Below, one piece after another: positions 29,087 to 39,249 of a stretch of 64,000 nt of DNA. This DNA is from an uncultured bacterium. GTDB taxonomy: Bacteria; Actinomycetota; Actinomycetes; S36-B12; CAIKAW01. Position 1 is the stretch's first letter. Each line of letters begins with the position of its first letter. The translations under genes and the position numbers were made by a program. The stretch is taken from the NCBI GenBank assembly GCA_903825575.1, contig CAIKAW010000046.1, positions 12,852-76,851 of the forward strand, in the 5' to 3' direction. The notes under the pieces were generated by a model. It made no database searches. It saw only the letters and a list, made by a program, of their open reading frames with translations, and was not told the origin of the DNA.

Positions 29087-30277
29087 ATGTCGATCCCACC
29101 ACTGGTGGCTCCGGCAGAGCAGTTGACCGTCGACGAAGTACACCGCTATAGCCGTCACCTCATCATTCCTGAGATTGCGATGGACGGGCAGAAGCGACTG
29201 AAGGCTGCCAGAGTGCTATGCGTCGGAGCCGGTGGTCTTGGCTCGCCGGCCTTGATGTATCTGGCCGCGGCCGGCGTTGGGACCTTGGGCATCGTTGAAT
29301 TCGATGTGGTCGACGAATCAAACCTGCAACGTCAGATCATTCACGGCCAGTCCGATATCGGGCGCAGCAAGGCCGTCTCGGCGCGCGACCGGGTTCAAGG
29401 CATCAACCCGCACGTGAACGTTGTTCTGCACGAAACCAGGCTTGATGTCGACAACGTCATGGAGTTGTTCACTCAGTACGACCTAGTTGTCGATGGCACC
29501 GATAACTTTGCAACTCGGTATCTCATAAACGATGCGTGCGTCCTATTGGGCAAGCCACAGGTATGGGGTTCGATCTACCGATTCGATGGCCAGGCCAGCG
29601 TCTTCTGGTCTGTACATGGCCCCTGCTATCGCTGTCTTTACCCGGAACCGCCACCGCCAGGAATGGTGCCGTCCTGCGCTGAGGGTGGCGTGCTCGGGGT
29701 GCTTTGTGCATCCATCGGCTCAATCCAGGCCACCGAAACTATCAAGTTGATCACTGGGATTGGCGACTCGCTCATTGGGCGATTGATGGTTTACGACGCA
29801 CTCGAGATGAGTTACCGCACTGTCCAAATCCGTAAGGACCCTGCCTGCGCCATCTGCGGTCAGACCCCAACGGTGACCGCACTGATGGATTACGAAACCT
29901 TCTGTGGCGCAGCTTCCGAAGCAGCCACCGAAGCCGCAGTCGGCGCCACGATCACTGTCGCCATGTTGCGCGACATGCTTTCGGCGCGTGAACGCGGCGA
30001 GACCGACTTCGTGCTTATTGACGTCCGGGAGCCGGCTGAGCGCGCCATCGTCGAGATTCCTGGCTCGGTATTGATCCCCAAGGGTGAATTTCTAAGCGGC
30101 GCCGCACTAGAGCAACTGCCCCAGGACAAACAAATCGTGCTCTATTGCAAGGTTGGTGGTCGCTCGGCCGAAGTGTTGGCCATCGTCAAGGGAGCGGGTA
30201 TGGCCGACGCAGTTCACGTTGGTGGCGGAGTAGTCGCGTGGGTCAACGAGATTGAGCCGCACAAGCCGAACTACTAA
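29087..30277 (+). CDS. moeZ: MoeZ/MoeBR adenylyltransferase-sulfurtransferase
   Basis: RYSRH, GAGGLG, SNLQRQ, CYRC, C-terminal rhodanese (CKVGGRS). Confidence 0.93.
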   Translation: MSIPPLVAPAEQLTVDEVHRYSRHLIIPEIAMDGQKRLKAARVLCVGAGGLGSPALMYLAAAGVGTLGIVEFDVVDESNLQRQIIHGQSDIGRSKAVSARDRVQGINPHVNVVLHETRLDVDNVMELFTQYDLVVDGTDNFATRYLINDACVLLGKPQVWGSIYRFDGQASVFWSVHGPCYRCLYPEPPPPGMVPSCAEGGVLGVLCASIGSIQATETIKLITGIGDSLIGRLMVYDALEMSYRTVQIRKDPACAICGQTPTVTALMDYETFCGAASEAATEAAVGATITVAMLRDMLSARERGETDFVLIDVREPAERAIVEIPGSVLIPKGEFLSGAALEQLPQDKQIVLYCKVGGRSAEVLAIVKGAGMADAVHVGGGVVAWVNEIEPHKPNY

Positions 30278-30326
30278 ACCAGTCTTAACAAGCGCGTCGA
30301 GCAGTGGACGTTGCGATAGTAGCGGG

Positions 30327-32690
30327 CTAGAGCGCTTGTTTTCGTTGTAGCCAGTGGAAGGCAAACCAACCGGGAATTGTCGGCACCCAGAATGTGACGA
30401 GCCGAAATAGCAGCGTGGCTGAAATTGCAACTGCCGATGGGATCCCCGCGGCCACCAGACCAGCCGCGAGGGCGGCCTCCACCGCTCCGAGACCACCGGG
30501 CGTTGGCGCTACTTGGCCCAAAGTCGAACCGGCCAGATAGACGAACGCCACCGCGGCGAAGGAAACCTTCCCGCCAAAGGCTAGGACGCTAGCCCCAAGG
30601 CAGGCTGCATAAGTCAAGTTCAACAACACGATTCCGCTGACACCGGCGGCCAGTTTGGTTGGTTGCTGGGCCAGGTTTGCCAGCCGAGGTACTACTTGGG
30701 CAAAGATCGGGCGGATTCGATCCAAGGTCCAACGGCGCACGGTTGGCAGCGAGATCAGCAGGATGAGCAGGCAGACCAGGACGATCCCGATGCCGATTGC
30801 TAGGCGGGGGGTATGGAAGTGCAGGTCCTTTGACGTTCCTGCTGCAAAGCCGAACCCGAGCAGCAACAGAATGTGCACGATGAACGCGACGGCTTGGGTG
30901 ACCCCGACACTGGCGGCAGCCACCGCCGGCTTTAGACCAGAGCGGCGCAGAAAACGCACATTCACAGCCACCGTGCCAAGGGTGGGAGGGGCAATTAGCG
31001 TGGCGAATGAGGCTGCCCATTGCGCCACAAACGTGCGCCACGGCGAAAGATGATCCGGTACGAATCCCAGTAGTGACATGGCTGCGGCGGCGTAGGTAAG
31101 GATCGAAAGGCCCAGTGCTACGAATGCCCAATGCCAACTTGCCTGGTTGATCAGGGAGACAACATTGACTCGACCCAACTGAGTTAGTAGCAAGTACGCG
31201 GCGACGGATCCACCAACGATTGCGAGCAATGTTCGCCGCGACATTCGTTCGAGTTGGATGCTTTCGATCTGCCCGTCCGGTGTTAGCGGGAGTAGCAAGT
31301 CGCGCAGTTCAGTCAAAACACTGCGACGTCGACGCAGGGCCCGTCTGGTGCCAGGGGAGAGCGCGACGCGTTGCAGCGCCGGAAGGCAGCGGATCATCCG
31401 CTCCGTGCCCATCACGCGTAAGGCCGACGCAACGGCTCGCTCGGAGTCAGTGAGCAACGCCAAGGTGCAGAGCAATTCGGCGACATCGATCCGTTCCATG
31501 ATGTCGCTGGCGGCGATCGATCCAGTCGCTCCATCTAGCAGCCACACCGAGCCGTCGCGCGTTCGGATCAGGTTGTCTGCCTGAAGTTGACGGTGCGCAA
31601 TGTGATGTTCGTGCAGAATGCGTACGGCCCGCCAAGCGCCATCTAGATCGGTATCAGCCACCGAATTTAGTTCTGGAAAACGGATTCCGTCGAGTCTCTC
31701 ATGCGCAAGGAGCGCTGAATCTGGACCAATTTCGCTGACTGCTAACAGGCGTGGTGCCGGAGCTCCAGCGGCTTGTGTCGCGTAGGAGAGCAGTGCGGTG
31801 CGTTCGAGAGTCCGACGTAGCGAGAACGCGTCGAGCCCGATGACAGCGCGCAGGCGAGCCATGCGCCAAAGAGTGTTAGCGATGCCGGCGCCCTCAAGAT
31901 CTCGGTCGAGCACTCGCACTTCGAGGGCGATGCCGTTTGCGCCAGTTGCGACATAGGCCCGGCCGCGTTCGGTCTCGCGCGCGGCTCGCAGCACTGTTAC
32001 GGGGTACCCCGCGCGTTCCAGGGCGGCCGCAATTTCGTGCCCGGAGGGACGAGTTGTCGGCGTCCCTAGTGCGTAACGAACACCCAGCCCGACACCCCAA
32101 CCTGCCAGCAGTGAAAGCGTCAGTGCGGCCACCGTGGTACCGCCATTAACGACGGACCCTATGAAAAGGCCGCCGACTACCAGCACCCCGAAGGTGCTCC
32201 AACGTGGGCGGTCGAGCAGCCTGGCAACTGTGATGAATGCCAGCAGGCCCGCGAGCAAGGCATCAAGGGGATGCCCGGTTCGCGTAATGGAACCCGTCAG
32301 GGCCTCCAAAAGAGCTGGGGCGCCAAACTTGAGAATCAGACTGGAGCCAGCTGAAACGGCCAACACCACGACTACCAATGCGAGCACCGCCTCAAGCAAC
32401 TGGCGACTGCGGCGGCGTAGAAGCAGATCCACGGCCGTGGAAACCGGCAGCAGCAGCACGCCTAGCACCGAGACTGCGTTCACCAGCAGCACCAGGATCG
32501 CAGGTAGGCCGCGGGCCCCCGTGGTGACGTCGTGCTGGATTCCGCTCGTGGTGCTGGAGGCGAAGTAGGCCAGCGTCAGGATGATTCCGATAAGCACCAA
32601 CGACACAACCACGCGTAGCAAATCCGTGGGACGGCGAACCCGAGGCGGGATCACCCCGTCCTCGATCACCAGCGTGGAGTGTTCCGGCAC
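30327..32690 (-). CDS. Membrane protein with kinase-like and lysylphosphatidylglycerol-synthase/flippase-like (UPF0104) domains
   Basis: RRPTD N-terminus, multiple TMs, PTPGGLGAVE, LFRLVTFW. Confidence 0.82.
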   Translation of the reverse strand: MPEHSTLVIEDGVIPPRVRRPTDLLRVVVSLVLIGIILTLAYFASSTTSGIQHDVTTGARGLPAILVLLVNAVSVLGVLLLPVSTAVDLLLRRRSRQLLEAVLALVVVVLAVSAGSSLILKFGAPALLEALTGSITRTGHPLDALLAGLLAFITVARLLDRPRWSTFGVLVVGGLFIGSVVNGGTTVAALTLSLLAGWGVGLGVRYALGTPTTRPSGHEIAAALERAGYPVTVLRAARETERGRAYVATGANGIALEVRVLDRDLEGAGIANTLWRMARLRAVIGLDAFSLRRTLERTALLSYATQAAGAPAPRLLAVSEIGPDSALLAHERLDGIRFPELNSVADTDLDGAWRAVRILHEHHIAHRQLQADNLIRTRDGSVWLLDGATGSIAASDIMERIDVAELLCTLALLTDSERAVASALRVMGTERMIRCLPALQRVALSPGTRRALRRRRSVLTELRDLLLPLTPDGQIESIQLERMSRRTLLAIVGGSVAAYLLLTQLGRVNVVSLINQASWHWAFVALGLSILTYAAAAMSLLGFVPDHLSPWRTFVAQWAASFATLIAPPTLGTVAVNVRFLRRSGLKPAVAAASVGVTQAVAFIVHILLLLGFGFAAGTSKDLHFHTPRLAIGIGIVLVCLLILLISLPTVRRWTLDRIRPIFAQVVPRLANLAQQPTKLAAGVSGIVLLNLTYAACLGASVLAFGGKVSFAAVAFVYLAGSTLGQVAPTPGGLGAVEAALAAGLVAAGIPSAVAISATLLFRLVTFWVPTIPGWFAFHWLQRKQAL

Positions 32691-32765
32691 CGCACGATCG
32701 TCGCATCCCTAGGTGTGGGCGCGCACCCGTACCCGCCGAAGGACCCGGAATCGCCCCGTGCTGGC

Positions 32766-32787
32766 TGTCGGCGCCAACTGATCGAAT
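32766..32787 (+). promoter_or_regulatory. PafBC (RecA-NDp)-like promoter of adnAB
   Basis: TGTCGG-N10-TCGAAT versus consensus TGTCGG-N10-TANNNT. Confidence 0.55.
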
Positions 32788-32821
32788 GGCAGAGTCAGCC
32801 GAGACCGAAAGGGGGTGGGCA

Positions 32822-35800
32822 GTGGCAGCCAGGCGTCCTGCGGCTCAAGTGCTCCTCGATCGAAGCACCCCGTCGATCGCGCCTGCACCAAGCCTTGATC
32901 CACAGCAGCGGCTAGTCACCGAGCATCGCGCTGGCGCCTTGCTGGTTCTGGCCGGCCCAGGCACCGGCAAGACCACAACTCTGGTCGAAGCCATGATCGC
33001 GCGGCTGTCGGGGCCCGTATCGCCCTTGCCTGCCACCGCTGTCTTAGGTCTGACCTTTGGTCGTCGAGCCGCCCTCGAGTGGCGAGATCGGGTGGCAGCT
33101 CGGATTCCGACCGGGCCAGTGCCCGACATTCAAACTTTCCACTCCTTCGCCTACTCGGTGGTGCGCCGCTTCGGAGCTCTAGATCTTTACGCGCCGCGGC
33201 CCCGGGTCGGTTCCAGCGCCGACCAGCTCACTCGGATCCGCGAAATGTTGGCGGACCCGGTTCGCAATCATGAGTGGGCAGGCGAATGGGCCCGGGCCAT
33301 CCCGACTATCGGTTTTGCCACCGAGTTACAGGAACTGATCTCTCGCGCCCGTTCGTTAGGACTAGAGCCCAGGGACCTAATCGGGTTCGCTGGTGAACAG
33401 GAAAACCCGACCTGGCGCTCGGCAGGACTGTTTCTGGCCGAGTATCTCGACGTTATCGACGCAGCCGGCGTCCTTGACTACGCCGAGTTGATCGAACGGG
33501 CTCGCGCTTTGTTGCGACGACCGGATGTCAGTGCCGAACTTCAAGGTCGCTATCGAGCCATCTTCGTTGACGAATACCAGGACACCGATGCTGCGGCCCA
33601 AGAACTGCTGCGCGATCTAGTTGGTGCGGGTACTTCGTTGGTAGTTGTAGGCGATCCGGACCAAAGCATCTACGCATTCCGCGGCGCGAATCGAAAAGGG
33701 TTGTTCGACTTCCGCCCGCGGTTTGCAGCTGGTTCATTGGGCGCCGGCGCATCGGCCGGTGGCTCGCCGGCTGGCGGTGGGGTACCAACCATTGTTTTAA
33801 GTCAGACCCGCCGGTTTGGTCCGGTGATCCGGGCCGGTGCCACTCGAGTGCTGCACAACAGCGTCATCCCGGGGCTTACGACTACTGAGGTGATCCAGCA
33901 CCGCAATCCAGAATGTGCGGTTGGCGCCCCGGGTGCGATTGAGGTCTGCACCTTCGATTCCGAGGGCGCCCAAGCGGCGTTCGTCGCCGATGCGTTACGT
34001 CGAGCCCACCTTGGCCCAGGTGCCGAGATCCCTTGGTCACAAATGGCGGTCCTAGTCCGCTCGGGCACTCGAAGCATCCCGACGCTGCGCCGAGCCCTTG
34101 GTCTGGCGGGGGTGCCAATCGAAGTGGCTGGCGACGAAATGCCGCTGCGCCAAGAAGCCGCCGTGGCCGCGTTGCTTGGCGCGGTTGAACTGAGTTTGCG
34201 CCCGCTAACTGCAACGGCCGATGAAGTCAAGGAACTGCTGGTCGGACCGCTAGGACAACTTGATCCAAGCGAACTTCGTTCCTTCGCTAGGGCGTTGCGA
34301 GTGCGCGCCCGCGAACTTGCTGGCCCGGGGGCGCCGATTCCTGGATCGGACGAACTCGTACGCGAGGCATTCGTCGATCCGAGCGAAATCGCCACTATGT
34401 CTGGCGTGGGCGCTGACTGCGTGCGTCGGCTCCGAAAGGTGATTGACAACACCGCAAGCGCGCAGACCGCGGGGCCCTACCAGGTGCTCTGGGAGTTGTG
34501 GTCGGGTACCGATTGGCCAGACCGACTTGAACGTGATTCGTTGGCCGGTGGGCCCCGGGGTCGGCGGGCTGATCGTGATCTGGATTCGGTGTGCGCACTT
34601 TTTGATCTAGCAGCCCGTGAGGATGAACGACTTGTTGGGCACAAGGGAGTTAGGTCATTCCTCTTTCAGGTAGCGGCTCAGGACATTCCGACCGAGCCAG
34701 GGACCGCTCCAACGGTTCGCGGGACGGGCGTGCGCCTGCTCACGGCACACCGCGCCAAAGGGTTGGAGTGGACTCTGGTTGTCTGCTACGGCGTCCAGGA
34801 TCGCGACTGGCCCGACCTGCGAGTGCACGGTTCGTTGTTGGCAGCCGAAAAGCTTGGGACCGAACAGTTAGCTGAGCAGCCAGCTCGCTCCGAACTACTG
34901 GCCGAAGAGCGTCGGCTCTTCTACGTCGGATGTACCCGGGCCCGCGAACGCCTGCTCGTTACTGCCGTGGCCGGAGGTTCCGACGACGTCATCCCGTCGC
35001 GCTTCCTAACCGATCTTGCCGGCCCAGCTCCGGATGCAGGTCAGACGAGTACGGCCTATCCCGGTGTCACCCGTCGACACGAGTCGGGTCGGATCCCGCG
35101 ACCGCTTTCAATGTCGGGGCTGGTCGCGGGACTGCGAACAGCCGCCACTAGCGGTTCACCGGCACTTCAGGGCGCTGCCGTCGAACGGCTGGCTCGCCTC
35201 GCCCTTGAAGTTGACTCGACGGGCGCGCCGGTCGTACCGGCGGCTGCGCCCGACAGTTGGTGGGGGGTGTTGGCCTTCACGGCGGCCACGACTCCGGTCC
35301 GACCTAGTGGCCCGGTCTCTTTGTCCGCCAGTCAGGTAACCGCGTATTTGGATTGTCCGTTGGCCTGGTTTCTGGGCCATGAGGCTGGCGGTCGGGTTGG
35401 GCGTAATTCCGCAATGGGGTTTGGCTCGGTGCTACATGCGGTAGTAGCGGCTGTTACCGATGGCGAGATTGCGGCCGATGCGAAGGTAATCGACAACCTG
35501 CTCGACAAATGGTGGGGCCAGCTTGGCTACGAAGCGAAGTGGCACGCGGCCGCCGAACGTCGGGCGGCCAGCGACGCAGTCGCCGCATTCTTGCGGTGGG
35601 ACGCAAGCCATCAAACGCGTCCGGCGCTAGCAGCTGAAGCTTCGTTCGAGTTTGTCGTTGCAGTTCCGGGCGACGAGGTTCTTCTGCGCGGTTCCGTGGA
35701 TCGCATCGAGCAACTCGGTGTTGATCAGGCGCACGTTGTTGACTTCAAGACGGGAAAGAACCTTCCGACCAAGGTTGATACCGAAGCCAACATCCAGTTA

Positions 35801-36166
35801 GCCATCTACCAATTGGCCGTAGCCGAGGTCGCGATTGAGGCGACCCGCGAACGGGTCCCGCAACTTCAACCCGGTGGAGCCGAACTTGTCTTCCTTCGCG
35901 AGACAGACGCAGCCGGACTGCCTAAGAGTCGTTCGCAGACGCGGCTCCAAATCCCAACGGAAGAATCCGGCCCCGCCGATGTTGACGACTTGGCCGATCC
36001 GCCTCCAATCGCGTCACGGGCCGGCATTCTCGCGGCCCTCGCCGAAGTTGCTAACGGCATCCGAGTTGAAGCCTTCCCTGCCCGCCCCGAGACTTCGATG
36101 TGCGCTAACTGCGACGTCCGCCTGGCTTGTCCGGCCGTTGCCGCTGGTCAGGAAGTGCCGCTATGA
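32822..36166 (+). CDS. adnA: AdnA helicase-nuclease subunit
   Basis: AGPGTGKT, DEYQD, TAHRAKGLEW, PD-(D/E)xK (VDFKTG), Cys motifs CP...CANC...CP; GTG start chosen from AAGGGGG RBS. Confidence 0.9.
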   Translation: MAARRPAAQVLLDRSTPSIAPAPSLDPQQRLVTEHRAGALLVLAGPGTGKTTTLVEAMIARLSGPVSPLPATAVLGLTFGRRAALEWRDRVAARIPTGPVPDIQTFHSFAYSVVRRFGALDLYAPRPRVGSSADQLTRIREMLADPVRNHEWAGEWARAIPTIGFATELQELISRARSLGLEPRDLIGFAGEQENPTWRSAGLFLAEYLDVIDAAGVLDYAELIERARALLRRPDVSAELQGRYRAIFVDEYQDTDAAAQELLRDLVGAGTSLVVVGDPDQSIYAFRGANRKGLFDFRPRFAAGSLGAGASAGGSPAGGGVPTIVLSQTRRFGPVIRAGATRVLHNSVIPGLTTTEVIQHRNPECAVGAPGAIEVCTFDSEGAQAAFVADALRRAHLGPGAEIPWSQMAVLVRSGTRSIPTLRRALGLAGVPIEVAGDEMPLRQEAAVAALLGAVELSLRPLTATADEVKELLVGPLGQLDPSELRSFARALRVRARELAGPGAPIPGSDELVREAFVDPSEIATMSGVGADCVRRLRKVIDNTASAQTAGPYQVLWELWSGTDWPDRLERDSLAGGPRGRRADRDLDSVCALFDLAAREDERLVGHKGVRSFLFQVAAQDIPTEPGTAPTVRGTGVRLLTAHRAKGLEWTLVVCYGVQDRDWPDLRVHGSLLAAEKLGTEQLAEQPARSELLAEERRLFYVGCTRARERLLVTAVAGGSDDVIPSRFLTDLAGPAPDAGQTSTAYPGVTRRHESGRIPRPLSMSGLVAGLRTAATSGSPALQGAAVERLARLALEVDSTGAPVVPAAAPDSWWGVLAFTAATTPVRPSGPVSLSASQVTAYLDCPLAWFLGHEAGGRVGRNSAMGFGSVLHAVVAAVTDGEIAADAKVIDNLLDKWWGQLGYEAKWHAAAERRAASDAVAAFLRWDASHQTRPALAAEASFEFVVAVPGDEVLLRGSVDRIEQLGVDQAHVVDFKTGKNLPTKVDTEANIQLAIYQLAVAEVAIEATRERVPQLQPGGAELVFLRETDAAGLPKSRSQTRLQIPTEESGPADVDDLADPPPIASRAGILAALAEVANGIRVEAFPARPETSMCANCDVRLACPAVAAGQEVPL

Positions 36167-39100
36167 GCCAGCCCGCAATCGCATTGGCACGAATTCTGGG
36201 TCACCCCTTGAGCCCGGAGCAGCTGGCCGCTGCCACCGCGCCACTTGCTCCGGCTCTGGTGCGGGCCGGCGCAGGTACCGGCAAGACCACAGTCATGGCG
36301 GCTCGGGTTGCGTGGCTCATTCACAGCGGTGCCGTCGATCCCGCGCGCGTACTCGGGCTGACATTTACCAATAAGGCGGCCGGCGAGCTGTCGGAGCGGG
36401 TCCGCAAGGTATTGCCTGAGGACGAAGATCTGGGTGAACCAAATATTGGCACTTACCACGGCTTCGCATACGAACTCCTGCAGCAGCATGGCCTAAGGCT
36501 CGGGCTCGAGTCGGAATTCGATGTACTCGACGAAGGCGCTCGCTTCCAACTTGCCTACCGAGTTGTCTGCGACTTCGAACGCACCGTGGATTGGCAAACC
36601 GATCCTGGTCGGGTGGCGGCTGAGGTATTGAGCCTTGATGCCGAATTGGCTGAACACGTGGTGACGCCCGCTCAGGTTCGCGCGCGCACGGAGGCTTTCG
36701 ATCGCGACCTGCTTGATCTCGTAAAGCCGGATAAGTACTCCGAGCGGATCGGTGAGGCGAACCGCGACCGACTGATTGCCGTCGAGCTCGTCGAGCGCTA
36801 CCGGGAGGCAAAGCGAACCCACAGTCGCGTCGATTTCGGCGATTACATGCGCTACATCACCGACCTCGTTGAGATTCCTACAGTGGTCGAAGCAGTCCGA
36901 ACTCAGTACGACGTCGTACTCCTCGACGAGTACCAAGACACATCGGTCGCCCAAGAGCGAATGTTGCTTGCGCTATTTGGTGGCGGCCATCCGGTGACGG
37001 CAGTGGGCGATCCGCACCAATCCATCTATGGCTTCCGTGGCGCGTCCGCGGCCAGCATGGAACGCTTCCCCGATACCTTCCGGGACCGCGATCGACGCCC
37101 CGCTGCGGTCTATCCCCTCACGGAGAACCGCCGCTCGGGGGCTGAAATTCTGGTCGCCGCAAACAAGATTGTTGCTCCTTTGCGGCGCCCAAACGGACTA
37201 GATCTTGAACTTGTTCCCTTGCCAGACGCGCAACCGGCTGACGTTCGGGTGTCGCTATTCGAAACTGAGTCCGAAGAAGTTGCGTGGGTGGCCGAGCAGG
37301 TAGCTGAATATGTTCGCACGACGGGCAAACCGGGTGATGTTGCAATTCTGTGTCGCACTCGTCGTGGATTCGCAGATTTGCATCGCGAACTCTCAGCCCT
37401 CGATGTTCCGGTTGAGGTGGTTGGGCTCGGAGGCTTGCTTGAACTTCCGGACATCGTCGAAATCTGTTGTGTTCTGCGATTGCTAAACGACCCAGCCGAG
37501 AACCCCTCGCTACTTCGAATCCTTTCCGGACCCAAATGGCGCCTTGGCGCGCGTGATCTGCGACTGTTGGCTCGGAGGGCAGGCGAGTTGGCCGGTGCTA
37601 GTTACGGAAGCGCCGACAAAGGTTCGCTTGACTCCCAACTCGCTAGCGCGGTGGCCGAAGTTGACCCCGTGGACATCGTCTCGTTGTTGGACGCTGTGGA
37701 AGACCCGGGCGACGCTGACTACGACCCGCGAGCCCGCGAGCGCTTCGCACGGCTGGCGGCCCAGCTCAAGGGATTGCGCCGTCACGTCGGTGAGCCGCTG
37801 GTCGACTTGGTTCATCGGGTGGCTGTTCAGACCGGCCTTGAGGTTGAATTCTCGGTTGGAACTGACTCCCTGGTGGTTGAAAGGCGAAACGCCTTTGGCA
37901 CGTTTCTAGATGTGGTCGCAGGGTTTAAGCCCTTTGCGGGGGCACCAACGTTGTCGGCACTGCTCGCTTGGCTTGAGGCTCGAGCCCGGCAAAGCGATGC
38001 ACCCGAGCCGGAACGGCCTTCCAACACTTCTGCGGTAGCGCTCATGACGGTGCATGCAGCAAAGGGCCTGGAGTATCCGATGGTGGTGCTGCCGTTCCTG
38101 ACTGAAACCGTGTTCCCCAAGAAGGCTTACGGGTCGCAAGCGAGTCTGTGGCTGACCACGCCCGGGCAACTGCCAGATCCGTTGCGTGGCGACGCTAATT
38201 CGCGACCTTCGCTTGGCGGATTCGCGAAACAGCAGATCGAAGACTTCCGTGGCGCCGTCCGCGACTACGCCGAAGAAGAGGAACGCCGACTGATGTACGT
38301 CGCAGCAACCCGCGCAAAATCGGTGCTCTTGGCTTCCGGTTCGTGGTGGGGTCAGACCCAGAAGAATTCGCGTGGACCCTCGATATTCTTGCTTGAGTTG
38401 CACGAATCTGCGACTGAAGAACTCTGGTGCCCGCAGCCAGACGCCGAGGTTAACCCGACACTGGGTGAATCTGCCGCCGTCTCGTGGCATGAAGGCGACG
38501 GCACAAATGAACCGCGTAGTGCGGCCGCGCAACTGGTTCGCGACGTGATGGCTGGCCGAACTCTGGCCGTACCTGTCCCTAGCGTTGACGAGGCAGTCGA
38601 GATCGCCGATTGGGACCGGCGCCTGGAACTTCTGGTGGCTGAAGCCCAAAGCGAACGCTCGGGGCAGCGCACTGTTGCCTTGCCCTCGGTTATTAGTGCG
38701 TCGCAGATGCTGAATCTGCAGCAAGATGCCGAACGGTTTGCGCGCGAGCTATATCGACCCATGCCGAGACCGCTGAATCGCGCTGCTCGGGTCGGTATCG
38801 CGTTTCATGCCTGGCTGGAAGCCCGCTTCCAGAGTTGGTCGCTGATCAGCCCCGATGAACTGCCAGGTTCATCCGACGCGCCGGCAGCCGATCTTGCACC
38901 CCTTCAGGCAGCCTTCGAAAAGTTGCCGTATGCGACCCAGACACCGGTAGCCGTCGAGGTACCCGTATCGGTGCGGCTAGCCGGCCGCACGATCGTCGGA
39001 CGGATCGATGCTGTGTTTTCAGTCGGCGGCGACTACGAAATCGTCGACTGGAAGACGGGCGGACCCGATCACGTCACGCCACTGCAGCTTGCGCTCTACC

Positions 39101-39237
39101 GGCTTGCGTGGGCCGAGCAGTACGGGATCGAGTTGAGCCGCGTCCGAGGGGCCTTTGTTTATGTTGCAACGAGCCGTATCGAGGTATTCGACGACCTACC
39201 AGATCGAGCCGCACTGACTGCGTTACTCAGCAGCTGA
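36163..39237 (+). CDS. adnB: AdnB helicase-nuclease subunit
   Basis: AGAGTGKT, TFTNKAA, DEYQD, TVHAAKGLE, GRID..VDWKTG; ATGA overlap with adnA. Confidence 0.92.
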   Translation: MSQPAIALARILGHPLSPEQLAAATAPLAPALVRAGAGTGKTTVMAARVAWLIHSGAVDPARVLGLTFTNKAAGELSERVRKVLPEDEDLGEPNIGTYHGFAYELLQQHGLRLGLESEFDVLDEGARFQLAYRVVCDFERTVDWQTDPGRVAAEVLSLDAELAEHVVTPAQVRARTEAFDRDLLDLVKPDKYSERIGEANRDRLIAVELVERYREAKRTHSRVDFGDYMRYITDLVEIPTVVEAVRTQYDVVLLDEYQDTSVAQERMLLALFGGGHPVTAVGDPHQSIYGFRGASAASMERFPDTFRDRDRRPAAVYPLTENRRSGAEILVAANKIVAPLRRPNGLDLELVPLPDAQPADVRVSLFETESEEVAWVAEQVAEYVRTTGKPGDVAILCRTRRGFADLHRELSALDVPVEVVGLGGLLELPDIVEICCVLRLLNDPAENPSLLRILSGPKWRLGARDLRLLARRAGELAGASYGSADKGSLDSQLASAVAEVDPVDIVSLLDAVEDPGDADYDPRARERFARLAAQLKGLRRHVGEPLVDLVHRVAVQTGLEVEFSVGTDSLVVERRNAFGTFLDVVAGFKPFAGAPTLSALLAWLEARARQSDAPEPERPSNTSAVALMTVHAAKGLEYPMVVLPFLTETVFPKKAYGSQASLWLTTPGQLPDPLRGDANSRPSLGGFAKQQIEDFRGAVRDYAEEEERRLMYVAATRAKSVLLASGSWWGQTQKNSRGPSIFLLELHESATEELWCPQPDAEVNPTLGESAAVSWHEGDGTNEPRSAAAQLVRDVMAGRTLAVPVPSVDEAVEIADWDRRLELLVAEAQSERSGQRTVALPSVISASQMLNLQQDAERFARELYRPMPRPLNRAARVGIAFHAWLEARFQSWSLISPDELPGSSDAPAADLAPLQAAFEKLPYATQTPVAVEVPVSVRLAGRTIVGRIDAVFSVGGDYEIVDWKTGGPDHVTPLQLALYRLAWAEQYGIELSRVRGAFVYVATSRIEVFDDLPDRAALTALLSS

Positions 39238-39249
39238 GCGCAAGATTCG

